A stretch of 64,000 nt of DNA from contig NZ_JAQNDL010000003.1 of NCBI RefSeq assembly GCF_028368995.1, positions 1,312,001 through 1,376,000 of the forward strand. The letters run 5' to 3'. A model generated the notes under the pieces. The model searched no databases, was not told where the DNA came from, and saw only the letters and a program-made list of their open reading frames with translations. The position numbers and the translations under genes are program-made. Origin of the DNA: Nannocystis bainbridge. Its GTDB lineage: Bacteria; Myxococcota_A; Polyangia; Nannocystales; Nannocystaceae. Shown here in pieces: positions 1 through 10,714 of this stretch (position 1 is its first letter; every line of letters begins with the position of its first letter).

Positions 1-1996
<1,996 letters not shown>

Positions 1997-2009
1997 CGGA
2001 GGCGTGGAC

Positions 2010-3767
2010 ATGACCGAGCGCGAAAGAGTCAACATCCTCCTCGTCGACGACCAGCCGGCCCGGCTGCTCAGCTACGAGGCCATCCTCGCGCCGCTCGAGC
2101 AGAACCTGGTGCGCGCGTCGTCCGGCGTCGAGGCGCTGCAGCGGCTGCTCAAGGAGGAGTACGCCGTGATCCTCCTCGACGTCAGCATGCCGGAGATGGA
2201 CGGCTTCGAGACCGCGGCGATGATCCACCAGCACCCGCGGTTCGAGCGGACGCCGATCATCTTCGTCACCGGCCACAACATCACCGACCTCGACGCGCTC
2301 CGCGGCTACGAGCTCGGCGCGGTCGACTACGTGTACGTGCCGATCGTGCCGGAGATCCTGCGCGGCAAGGTGTCGGTGCTGGTCGAGCTGCACCTCAAGC
2401 GCCAGGAGTTGGTGCGGGCCAACCGCTCGCTCGAGCAGGCCAACGCCCAGCTCGCGCTCGCCAACTCCAACCTGCAAGCCGAGAAGACCCGCGAGCTCGA
2501 GCAGCTCAACGCGGTGCTCGAGCGCGCCAACGCCGGCCTCGCCGCGGCCAACGGCACCCTCGCCGCCGAGATCACCGAGCGCCAGCGGGCCGAGGAGGCG
2601 CTGCGCCACACTCACGCCCAGCTGCGCGAGGCCGACCGCCAGAAGGACGAGTTCCTGGCCATGCTGGCCCACGAGCTGCGCAACCCGCTGGCCCCGATCC
2701 ACAGCGCCGTCGAGCTGATGGGCGTCAAGGAGATCGACGATCCCGAGGTCCGCTGGTGCCGCGACGTGATCGAGCGCCAGACCGAGCAGCTGCACCGCCT
2801 GGTCGACGACCTGCTCGACGTCTCGCGCATCACCCAGGGCAAGATCAAGCTGCAGAGCGCCCCGCTCGAGGTCGCGGCGGTGATCAGCCGCGCGCTCGAG
2901 ACGACCCGCCCGCTGATCGAGACCCGCCGCCACCGGCTCGACGTCGGCGTGCCCGAGGAGCCGATCTGGATCGAGGGCGACCGCACGCGCCTGACCCAGG
3001 TGGTCGGCAACCTGCTCAACAACGCCGCCAAGTACACCCCGGAGGGCGGGCAGATCCGCCTCACGGTCGAGCTCGCCGGCCCGACCACGCAGGTGCTGAT
3101 CCGCGTCGCCGACTCGGGCACCGGGATCTCCGGCGAGATGCTGCCCAAGGTGTTCGAGCTGTTCACGCAGGTCGACCGCACCGTCCACCAGGCCCAGGGC
3201 GGCCTCGGCATCGGCCTCGCGCTGGTGCGCCGCCTGGTCGAGCTGCACGGCGGCTCGGTGGCCGCCCACAGCGAGGGCCCCGGCAAGGGCAGCGAGTTCA
3301 CGGTCCACCTGCCGCTCCTGCGCCGCGAGGCCGCCAGCGAGGCCGCGGACGCCCACGCCGCCCCGGAGCCGAAGCGGACCAGCCGCCGCGTGCTGGTGGT
3401 CGACGACAACGTCGACGCCGCGCTCAGCCTGGCCGGCCTGCTCAAGGTGTCCGGCAACATCGTCGAGACCGCTTACGACGGCCAGCAGGGCATCGACGTG
3501 GCCGACCGATTCCGCCCCGAGGTCATCTTCCTCGACCTCGGCATGCCCAAGCTGGACGGCTTCGGCGCCGCCTCGTGGATCCGCTCGCAACCGTGGGCCG
3601 CCGACGTGCTCCTGATCGCGGTCACGGGGTGGGGTCAGGAGGACGTGCGTACGCGGACTCAGCAGTCGGGGTTCGACGCCCACCTGGTCAAGCCGGTCAA
3701 CTTCGCCAAGCTCACCCGCCTGATGGACCAGCACCGCGGCGGCGCCGGGCGAAAGAGCGTCGGGTGA
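2010..3767 (+). CDS. Hybrid response regulator/histidine kinase (REC-coiled coil-HisKA-HATPase-REC)
   Basis: LLVDD...LDVSMPEMDG receiver; AHELRNPL; NAAKYT; GGLGIGL; C-terminal REC; GGAGG upstream of ATG 2010. Confidence 0.93.
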   Translation: MTERERVNILLVDDQPARLLSYEAILAPLEQNLVRASSGVEALQRLLKEEYAVILLDVSMPEMDGFETAAMIHQHPRFERTPIIFVTGHNITDLDALRGYELGAVDYVYVPIVPEILRGKVSVLVELHLKRQELVRANRSLEQANAQLALANSNLQAEKTRELEQLNAVLERANAGLAAANGTLAAEITERQRAEEALRHTHAQLREADRQKDEFLAMLAHELRNPLAPIHSAVELMGVKEIDDPEVRWCRDVIERQTEQLHRLVDDLLDVSRITQGKIKLQSAPLEVAAVISRALETTRPLIETRRHRLDVGVPEEPIWIEGDRTRLTQVVGNLLNNAAKYTPEGGQIRLTVELAGPTTQVLIRVADSGTGISGEMLPKVFELFTQVDRTVHQAQGGLGIGLALVRRLVELHGGSVAAHSEGPGKGSEFTVHLPLLRREAASEAADAHAAPEPKRTSRRVLVVDDNVDAALSLAGLLKVSGNIVETAYDGQQGIDVADRFRPEVIFLDLGMPKLDGFGAASWIRSQPWAADVLLIAVTGWGQEDVRTRTQQSGFDAHLVKPVNFAKLTRLMDQHRGGAGRKSVG

Positions 3768-3799
3768 CGGCGCTCGCGCTCGCTGGCGGGCCTCGGGTC

Positions 3800-3838
3800 T
3801 GTCCCCAGAGACAGGCTCGGTTCCTGTCTCCGGAGACA
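3800..3838. repeat. Two TGTC-N6-GACA palindromes
   Basis: TGTCcccagaGACA at 3800 and TGTCtccggaGACA at 3825. Confidence 0.75.
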
Positions 3839-3960
3839 GCTCGGACGGCCGTCCGCCGGGGCCCGGGCCCGCGCGCGGTCGCCCGCGTCAATGGCGCACT
3901 GCAGTACCGTGTTTTCTCGACTATTGAGGGATTTCCCTGGCCGAGGTAGCAATCTTGCGC

Positions 3961-4566
3961 ATGGCCGCACCACCCCGTCCTCCCCGCGACGACGATCCGC
4001 GCTCGGAGCCGTGGGTGTCGATCGACGAAGTCGCCGCCCACCTCGGGGTGCGCAAGGACTCGATCTACCGCTGGATCGAGCGCCGCGGCCTGCCGGCGCA
4101 GAAGATCGGCAAGCTGTGGAAGTTGAAACTTTCGGAGGTCGACAAGTGGATGCTGGCCGAGGGCCAGCGCCGCTCGGAGACGCCGGGACAGCACCCGGCG
4201 ACGGCTGCGCCGCGTGACTACGTGTTGGTCGTCGACGACGACGAGGTGGTCCGCGAGTCGCTGCGCGACTTCCTGGTCGACGAGGGCTACGGCGTGCTGG
4301 CCGCCGCCGACGGCCTGGAGGCGTTCGAGCTGCTGGCCGCCCCGGCGACGCCGCTGCCCGCCGTCATCGTGCTCGACCTCAAGATGCCGCGCATGGGCGG
4401 CCAGGAGTTCCGCGAGGTCAAGGCCCGCGACCCTCGCCTGGCCCCGATCCCGGTGCTGCTGGTGACGGCCGAGCGGCGCGTCGACGCCGGCGGCGCCATC
4501 GTCCTGCGCAAGCCGATCGAGCTCGGCGCGCTGCGCGACGCGCTGCGCAAATTGCTGGGCCGCTGA
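3961..4566 (+). CDS. Excisionase-like (HTH_17) DNA-binding domain fused to a receiver domain
   Basis: EPWVSIDEVAAHLGVRKDSIYRWIE...KIGKLWK HTH followed by VLVVDDD...VLDLKMP...RKP receiver. Confidence 0.85.
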   Translation: MAAPPRPPRDDDPRSEPWVSIDEVAAHLGVRKDSIYRWIERRGLPAQKIGKLWKLKLSEVDKWMLAEGQRRSETPGQHPATAAPRDYVLVVDDDEVVRESLRDFLVDEGYGVLAAADGLEAFELLAAPATPLPAVIVLDLKMPRMGGQEFREVKARDPRLAPIPVLLVTAERRVDAGGAIVLRKPIELGALRDALRKLLGR

Positions 4567-4610
4567 GACCACCATGAGCCGCACCGCCGAGCGCCGCTGA
4601 GGAAGAGACC

Positions 4611-5684
4611 ATGAGCCGCACCGCCGACGACGACACCCGCACCGCCGAGCGCCGCTTCGCCGCGCTGACGCAGGCGTCCGGCCAGGCCGTATGGCGGGTC
4701 GCGGCCGACGGCGCCCGACCGCTCGAGGACTCGCCGGGCTGGCGCGCGCTGACCGGCGTGAGCCGCGAGCAATGGCTCGAGCGCGGCGTGCTCGCCGGTG
4801 TGCCGGCCGGCGACCGCGACCGCGTCGAGGCGGCCGTGCGCGCCGCCTTCGCGGCCGGCGTCGCGTGGGACCTCGAGGTCCGCCTGCAGCGCCCCGACGG
4901 CCACCTCGGGTGGGCGCTGCTGCGCGCCGCGCCGGTGGAAGGCCCGCGCGGCGAGCGGGTCGAATGGGTCGGCACCGTCGCCGACATCCAGCGCCGCAAG
5001 GACGTCGACTCGTTCCGCGACATGATGACGGGGATCCTCGGGCACGACCTGCGCAACCCGCTGAACGCGATGATGGTCTCGGCCCAGCTGGCCCACCTGC
5101 GCGCGCGCGAGGAGCCGGTCCGCACCCCGCTCGAGCGCGTGCTCGCCAGCGGCGAGCGCATGGGCCGGCTCATCGATCAGCTGCTCGACCTGACGCTGAC
5201 GCGCCTGGGCGGCGGGCTCGTCGTCAACCCGGTCGCGGCCGACCTGCGAGAGATCGTCGAGCAGGCGCTCGAGGACCTGCCGGCCGCGAAGCCGCGGATC
5301 CGCTTCGACGCCGTCGGCGACCTGCGCGGCACCTGGGACTTCGACCGCCTGCAGCAGGTCGTCACCATCCTGCTCGGCAACGCCGTCGATCACGGCGCCC
5401 CCGGCACGCCGATCTCCGTCCGCGCTGTCGGCGAGGCCGAAGCCGCCGTCGAGCTGATGATCCACAACCACGGCCCCGCCGTGCCCGAGAGCGTGCGCGA
5501 GGCGGTGTTCGAGCCGTTCCGCCGCACCGACCCGGCCCGCCGCCACGGCGCCCGCGCGCTCGGCCTCGGCCTGTTCGTGAGCCGCCAGCTGGTGCTCGCC
5601 CACGGCGGCACGATCGCGTTCGAGTCGAGCGACGCCGGCGGCAACCTGATGCACGTGCACCTGCCCCGCCGGCCCCCGGCGTGA
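4611..5684 (+). CDS. PAS-domain sensor histidine kinase
   Basis: PAS_3-like SPGWRALTG...EWVGTVADI; GHDLRNPL H-box; GNAVDHG; LGLGLF. Confidence 0.9.
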   Translation: MSRTADDDTRTAERRFAALTQASGQAVWRVAADGARPLEDSPGWRALTGVSREQWLERGVLAGVPAGDRDRVEAAVRAAFAAGVAWDLEVRLQRPDGHLGWALLRAAPVEGPRGERVEWVGTVADIQRRKDVDSFRDMMTGILGHDLRNPLNAMMVSAQLAHLRAREEPVRTPLERVLASGERMGRLIDQLLDLTLTRLGGGLVVNPVAADLREIVEQALEDLPAAKPRIRFDAVGDLRGTWDFDRLQQVVTILLGNAVDHGAPGTPISVRAVGEAEAAVELMIHNHGPAVPESVREAVFEPFRRTDPARRHGARALGLGLFVSRQLVLAHGGTIAFESSDAGGNLMHVHLPRRPPA

Positions 5685-5739
5685 CGAAGCGTGACGGGTG
5701 ACGTGACCCGCGGCGCCGCGTGACGGCGTCGCTACGCGG

Positions 5740-6410
5740 CTGACGCTGGCGCATGATGTGTCGGGGCGGCGCTGTATAACGGCGCCCCATGGAGCATCGC
5801 CATACTGCTTGAAGCGCAGCATGGCGTGTCGAGGCAAGCTGCGTGAGTGCGTCGCATGAAGTGTTGCGGCGACGCTGCGTAGCGGCAGCGCATGCTGTGT
5901 CGCGGCGACGCAGTGTTGCGGCAGCGCATGCTGTGTCGCGGCGACGCTGTGTTGCGGCAGCGCAGTCGCGGCGACGCTGCATGAAGGCGGCGCATGAACT
6001 TTCGGCGACGCTTCGTGAATGCGTCGCATGACGTGTCGCAATGCTGCGCGACGGCGTCGCATGAAGTATCGGCGGCGCTGCGTGAATGCGCCGCATGACG
6101 TGTCGCAGCGATCTGCGAGACGGCGTCGCATGAAGTATTGCGGCGGCCCTGTGTGGCGGCATCGCAGGCGTGTAGCGACGTGCTGCATGATGGCGTCGCA
6201 TGACGTCTCGCAGCGATCTGCGAGACGGCGTCGCATGAAGTATTGCGGGCGGCCCTGCGTGGCGGCATCGCAGGGCGTGTAGCGACGTGCTGCATGACGG
6301 CCTCGCATGAAGTATCGCGGCGGCCCCGCGTGACCGCGTCCCATGAGGTGCCGCGGCGACGCTGCGTGACGGCGTCCCATGACGTCTCGCGGTGACGCTG
6401 CGTGAACCCG
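5740..6410. repeat. Degenerate tandem array of ~19 units with a ~33-36 bp period (core GCGTCGCATGA(A/C)GT...GCGACGC)
   Basis: (G/C)CATG cores at about 5751, 5787, 5819, 5854, 5890, 5926, 5992, 6026, 6059, 6093, 6128, 6198, 6233, 6305, 6341 and 6377; ~105-bp higher-order duplication 6093-6197 vs 6198-6304. Confidence 0.85.
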
Positions 6411-6924
6411 CGACGCCTTTGCGCGCCGCGGCGCGACGCTTCGACCGCGGCGAGGCAACCCGCCTCGCGGAACTCTCCCTCGCGCGCCCATCGACCCCGC
6501 TCATCCCCCGGACCGCCCGCCCATCGGCGAGCACGGGCACTCGCGCGCCCCCGGGCGAGCGGACGGGTGGTCGCCGCCACTGTCCGGCGCCTCGCTGCGA
6601 TTTTGTGGCTGGCGGGGCGCTCCCACTCGCCAATGGGAGCACCGCGGGCCTGCAGCCGGCTTTCCTGCGGCCTGAGCGGCAGTTCTCGGCCATTCGTCTC
6701 GCAAAACAATGATTTCCCCGATAACAAAATCAGTTTTAGCCCGTCCTCTCGCCGCCATGAAACTGGGTCTCAGTCGGTCACAGTCGGTAAAAGTCGAAGA
6801 AAAACAGCGCATACTTCGCAGTTAACGTCGTTATTGATGCGATCTTGATGCGTTTGGCCGCTCTCCTGACGTCCTCTTGATCCGATCATTGCGAATCTAT
6901 TGGAGGTCAGACGAGGGGTCCACA

Positions 6925-8169
6925 ATGCTCAATCGAATCACCGCTTCCGGGAATGCTTGCACTGTCACTTCGGCGCCGATGGGTGGTGCGACGACCGCGC
7001 GTTACTTCCGCGAGCTCGCGGACGTGACGGTGATGGGCAAGGACGAGGAGCTGGTCGCGGCGACGCGCCTCATCGAGCTGCGCAAGACCATGTGGGCCGC
7101 CTTCCTCGCCTACCCGCCGTTCGTCTCGGCGATCTGCGCCCTGGTGGCCGAGCGCCTGTCGGCCGAGTCGGTCCCGCCGGCCGTGCTCGAGGCGGTCGAG
7201 AAGACCTCGCGCGCCCTCCGCGACCGCGTCCTCAAGAGCCACGAGGAGGCCTTCACCGCCGCGCGCAACGCCCTCATCGAGCGCCTCGTGTTCGCCGACG
7301 TCGACAGCGTGGTGGCTGACTCGATCCTCGCCGACCTCACCGGGCTCGAGAGCGACCGCGGCGTCGCCACCAACATGAAGGTCAAGCCCCCGTACCGCGA
7401 CAGCGCCCCGTTCGTCCGCTACGTCGCGGCCGCCCGCCGGGCCCACAGCGCGGTGATGCTGGCCAAGAACGCGTTCGTGCGCTCCAACCTCCGCCTCGTG
7501 GTCGCCATCGCCCGCCGCTTCGCCCGCAGCTCGATCCCGCTGCAGGACCTGATCCAGGACGGCAACATGGGCCTGATGAAGGCCGTCGACCGCTTCGACC
7601 CGACCCGCGGCTGCCGCTTCGCCACCTACGCCGCCTGGTGGATCCGCTACGCCATCACCCGCGCCATCGTCGACACCGACCGCAGCGTCCGCCTGCCCCT
7701 GCACATGATCGACGCGTGCAAGAAGGTCAGCCGCGCCCGCCGCGAGTACGAGGTGATGTACGGCCGCTGCCCGACCGACGAGGAGCTGTCCTCGGCCACC
7801 GGCATCAGCATGGAGCGCATCCAGCGGATGAGCTGGTCGCTGATCGACCAGCCGCTGAGCCTCTCGCTGCCGGCCACCCGCGACGGCGAGGGCAGCCTGG
7901 CCGACACCCTGGTCGACGCGACCCTGGTCGCCCCGTCCGAGCTGATGGACTCGGCCGTCCTCCAGGACGCCCTGCTCGAGGTGTTCGAGAAGCTGTCGCC
8001 GATGGAGGCCGACATCCTGCGCAAGCGCGTCGGCATGGACGGCGAGCCCGAGCTCACCCTCAAGGAGATCGGCGCCAACTACTCGCTGTCGCGCGAGCGC
8101 ATCCGTCAGCTGCAGGAGCAGGCCCTGCGCAAGCTCCGCTCGGAGTTCGAGCGCCGCCAGCTGATGTAA
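6925..8169 (+). CDS. RpoD/SigA-family (non-ECF) sigma-70 factor, probably an alternative group 2-like sigma
   Basis: Region 1.2 (YFRELA...EEL), region 2 NLRLVVAIARRF/DLIQDGNMGLMKAVDRFD/FATYAAWWIR, region 4 TLKEIG...LSRERIRQ; no region 1.1; start chosen after GAGGGG. Confidence 0.92.
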   Translation: MLNRITASGNACTVTSAPMGGATTARYFRELADVTVMGKDEELVAATRLIELRKTMWAAFLAYPPFVSAICALVAERLSAESVPPAVLEAVEKTSRALRDRVLKSHEEAFTAARNALIERLVFADVDSVVADSILADLTGLESDRGVATNMKVKPPYRDSAPFVRYVAAARRAHSAVMLAKNAFVRSNLRLVVAIARRFARSSIPLQDLIQDGNMGLMKAVDRFDPTRGCRFATYAAWWIRYAITRAIVDTDRSVRLPLHMIDACKKVSRARREYEVMYGRCPTDEELSSATGISMERIQRMSWSLIDQPLSLSLPATRDGEGSLADTLVDATLVAPSELMDSAVLQDALLEVFEKLSPMEADILRKRVGMDGEPELTLKEIGANYSLSRERIRQLQEQALRKLRSEFERRQLM

Positions 8170-8535
8170 TCACAATAGCGACTCCCTGCTGAACCCGTCT
8201 GATACGACCCCCGACCCCGAGCCGATCGCCCCAACCCCTGGGCGATCGGCTCGCGTCATTTTTGGGTCACCGTCGACCGTCGGCCGCTGCGCTCGCGCTC
8301 GCTTCGCCGGGGCGCCGACGGGTGACCGGCGCACCGCCCGTCCGCAGCCAGCGGGCCGCCGGCAGGGGCGGCCCTTGAGCCCGCTATTCCGACTTTCGGC
8401 GCCCCCGCCGACCCTGGTGGACCGACGTGACATAGCCGAGCCCGGTGAGCGGACTTTCGAGGTTGCCGCTCGCACGCCGCCAGCCCTAAACTGGCGGGGC
8501 CGGGCTGCGCTCGGCACGCCCGAGTCGGCAAGCAC

Positions 8536-10260
8536 ATGACCGCAATCACTGCCAGCGAACGCGCGAGCATCCCCAAGGCCCCCACGGGGATCAACGGCCT
8601 CGACGACATCACCGGAGGCGGCCTCCCGCGCGGGCGGCCGACGCTCGTATGCGGCAGCGCCGGTTGCGGCAAGACCTTGATGGCGATGGAGTTCCTGGTC
8701 CGCGGCGCCATCGAGTTCGACGAGCCCGGGGTGTTCTTCGCCTTCGAGGAGACGGCCGACGACCTGACCGCCAACGTCCGCTCGCTCGGCTTCGACCTCG
8801 ACGACCTGGCCGCGCGCGACAAGCTGATCGTCGAGCACATCCATATCGAGCGCAGCGAGATCGAGGAGGCCGGCGAGTTCGACCTCGAGGGCCTGTTCAT
8901 CCGCCTGGGCCTGGCGATCGACACCGTCGGGGCCAAGCGCGTGGTGCTCGACACGCTCGAGACCCTGTTCGGCGGCTTCGACAACGAGGGCATCCTGCGC
9001 GCGGAGCTGCGGCGGCTGTTCCGCTGGCTCAAGGACCGCGGCGTCACCGCCGTCATCACCGCCGAGCGCGGCGACGGCACCCTCACCCGCCAGGGCCTCG
9101 AGGAGTACGTGTCCGACTGCGTGATCCAGCTCGACCACCGCATGCACGACCAAGTGTCGACGCGGCGGCTGCGGATCGTCAAGTACCGCGGCACCCACCA
9201 CGGCACCAACGAGTACCCGTTCCTCATCGACAGCGACGGCTTCTCGGTGCTGCCGCTGAGCTCGCTCAAGCTCGACCACGAGGCCTCGACCGAGCGCGTG
9301 TCGACCGGCATCGAGCGCCTCGACGCCATGCTCGCCGGCGGCGTGTACCGCGGCACCAGCGTGCTGCTGTCCGGCACCGCCGGCACCGGCAAGTCGAGCA
9401 TCGCCGCCCACATGGCCGCCGCCTGCTGCGCCCGCGGCGAGCGCTGCCTCTACTACTCGTTCGAGGAGTCGCCGTCGCAGGTGCTCCGCAACATGCGGAC
9501 GATCGGCCTCGATCTGGCCCCGTGGCTCGACAACGGCATGCTCCACTTCGTCTCGACCCGCCCGACCTTCCACGGGCTCGAGATGCACCTGGCGACCATG
9601 TTCAAGCATGTCCGCGAGTTCGACCCGCAGTTGGTCGTCATCGACCCGATCAGCAATTTCATCTCGGTCGGCACCGCCGGCGAGGCCCAGTCGATGCTGC
9701 TGCGGCTGGTCGACTACCTCAAGAGCCGGCAGACCACGGCCGTGTTCGTCAGCCTGATCAGCGGCGGCAAGGGCCTGCTCGAGGCGACCGAGCAGAACAT
9801 CTCGTCGTTGATCGACACCTGGATCTTGCTGCGGGACGTCGAGCTCGGCGGCGAGCGCAACCGCGGCCTCCACGTCCTCAAGTCGCGCGGCACCCCGCAC
9901 TCCAACCAGGTCCGCGAGTTCGTGCTCACCGCGCACGGCGTCGAGCTGCGCGACGTCTACGTCGGCCCCGAGGGCGTGCTGACCGGCTCGATGCGGCTGG
10001 TGCAGGAGGCCAAGGAGCGCGAGGCCTCCGAGCTGCGCCGGCAGGCTATCGCCCGCAAGCGGCGAGAGATCGAGCGCAAGCGACAAGCACTGACGGCCCA
10101 GATCGCGGCCCTGCGGGCCGAGTCGGAGAGCGAGGAGCTCGAGCTCGAGCTGCTGCTCTCGGCCGAAGAGGCGGTCGATCGGCGGCTCGCCGACGACCGC
10201 GTCGGCATGGCGTCCAGTCGCCGCGCTGACGGCAACAAGCAACAGGAGGAATCGCCATGA
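8536..10260 (+). CDS. kaiC: Circadian clock protein KaiC (double RecA-like domain with C-terminal coiled coil)
   Basis: CI Walker A GSAGCGKT and FEE; [11 protein letters not shown]; CII Walker A GTAGTGKS and FEES; phosphosite region NISSLIDTW; [12 protein letters not shown]. Confidence 0.96.
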   Translation: MTAITASERASIPKAPTGINGLDDITGGGLPRGRPTLVCGSAGCGKTLMAMEFLVRGAIEFDEPGVFFAFEETADDLTANVRSLGFDLDDLAARDKLIVEHIHIERSEIEEAGEFDLEGLFIRLGLAIDTVGAKRVVLDTLETLFGGFDNEGILRAELRRLFRWLKDRGVTAVITAERGDGTLTRQGLEEYVSDCVIQLDHRMHDQVSTRRLRIVKYRGTHHGTNEYPFLIDSDGFSVLPLSSLKLDHEASTERVSTGIERLDAMLAGGVYRGTSVLLSGTAGTGKSSIAAHMAAACCARGERCLYYSFEESPSQVLRNMRTIGLDLAPWLDNGMLHFVSTRPTFHGLEMHLATMFKHVREFDPQLVVIDPISNFISVGTAGEAQSMLLRLVDYLKSRQTTAVFVSLISGGKGLLEATEQNISSLIDTWILLRDVELGGERNRGLHVLKSRGTPHSNQVREFVLTAHGVELRDVYVGPEGVLTGSMRLVQEAKEREASELRRQAIARKRREIERKRQALTAQIAALRAESESEELELELLLSAEEAVDRRLADDRVGMASSRRADGNKQQEESP

Positions 10261-10580
10261 ACAGCGAGCACGAACTTCAGGCGGGATCCGACGAGCCCGA
10301 CGTCTGGGAGCTGCGGCTGTACGTCGCCGGTCAGACCCCGAAGTCGATGCAGGCGCTGCATAACCTGCAGAAGATCTGCGAGGAGCACCTGCCCGGGCGC
10401 TACCGCATCGAGGTCATCGACCTCCACAAGCACCCGAAGCTGGCCAAGCAGGACGAGATCGTCGCCATCCCGACGCTCGTCCGCAAGCTGCCCGACCCGA
10501 TCCGCCGCGTCATCGGCGACCTCTCGAACCTCGAGAAGGCGCTGATCGGCCTGCAGCTGGTGCCCGCGACGAACCCATGA
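10257..10580 (+). CDS. kaiB: Circadian clock protein KaiB
   Basis: [12 protein letters not shown]...[23 protein letters not shown]; ATGA overlap with kaiC. Confidence 0.96.
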   Translation: MNSEHELQAGSDEPDVWELRLYVAGQTPKSMQALHNLQKICEEHLPGRYRIEVIDLHKHPKLAKQDEIVAIPTLVRKLPDPIRRVIGDLSNLEKALIGLQLVPATNP

Positions 10581-10714
10581 CCGCCCGCGCGACCGCCGTC
10601 TCTACCTGTCCTTTCGGCCAGGCCCAGCGTGACCGCCGTGCGCCCTCCGGGGCCCGTGCGGTCACCTGTCTCTTCGGCCATACGCGGGCCCACCCGGCGG
10701 AGGTGACGTCGTGA
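10577..10714 (+). CDS. Putative 45-aa small ORF, translationally coupled at both ends (not in the ORF track)
   Basis: ATG overlaps the kaiB stop (ATGA) and its TGA overlaps the GTG of the next kinase (GTGA); [45 protein letters not shown]. Confidence 0.45.
   Translation: MTARATAVSTCPFGQAQRDRRAPSGARAVTCLFGHTRAHPAEVTS

Noticed and set aside
3961-4160. Prophage or ICE excisionase marking a mobile element
   Set aside because: It is fused to a receiver domain, and no integrase, att site or phage genes were seen.
5740-6410. CRISPR array
   Set aside because: No invariant repeat separated by unique spacers; units are contiguous and degenerate; no cas genes in the window.
4287-6727. Minus-strand ORFs across the array encoding repeats such as QYFMRRR/TSCDA
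   Set aside because: All three minus frames are open, unit lengths are not consistently multiples of 3, and the longer ORFs overlap real plus-strand genes; a compositional artefact is most likely.
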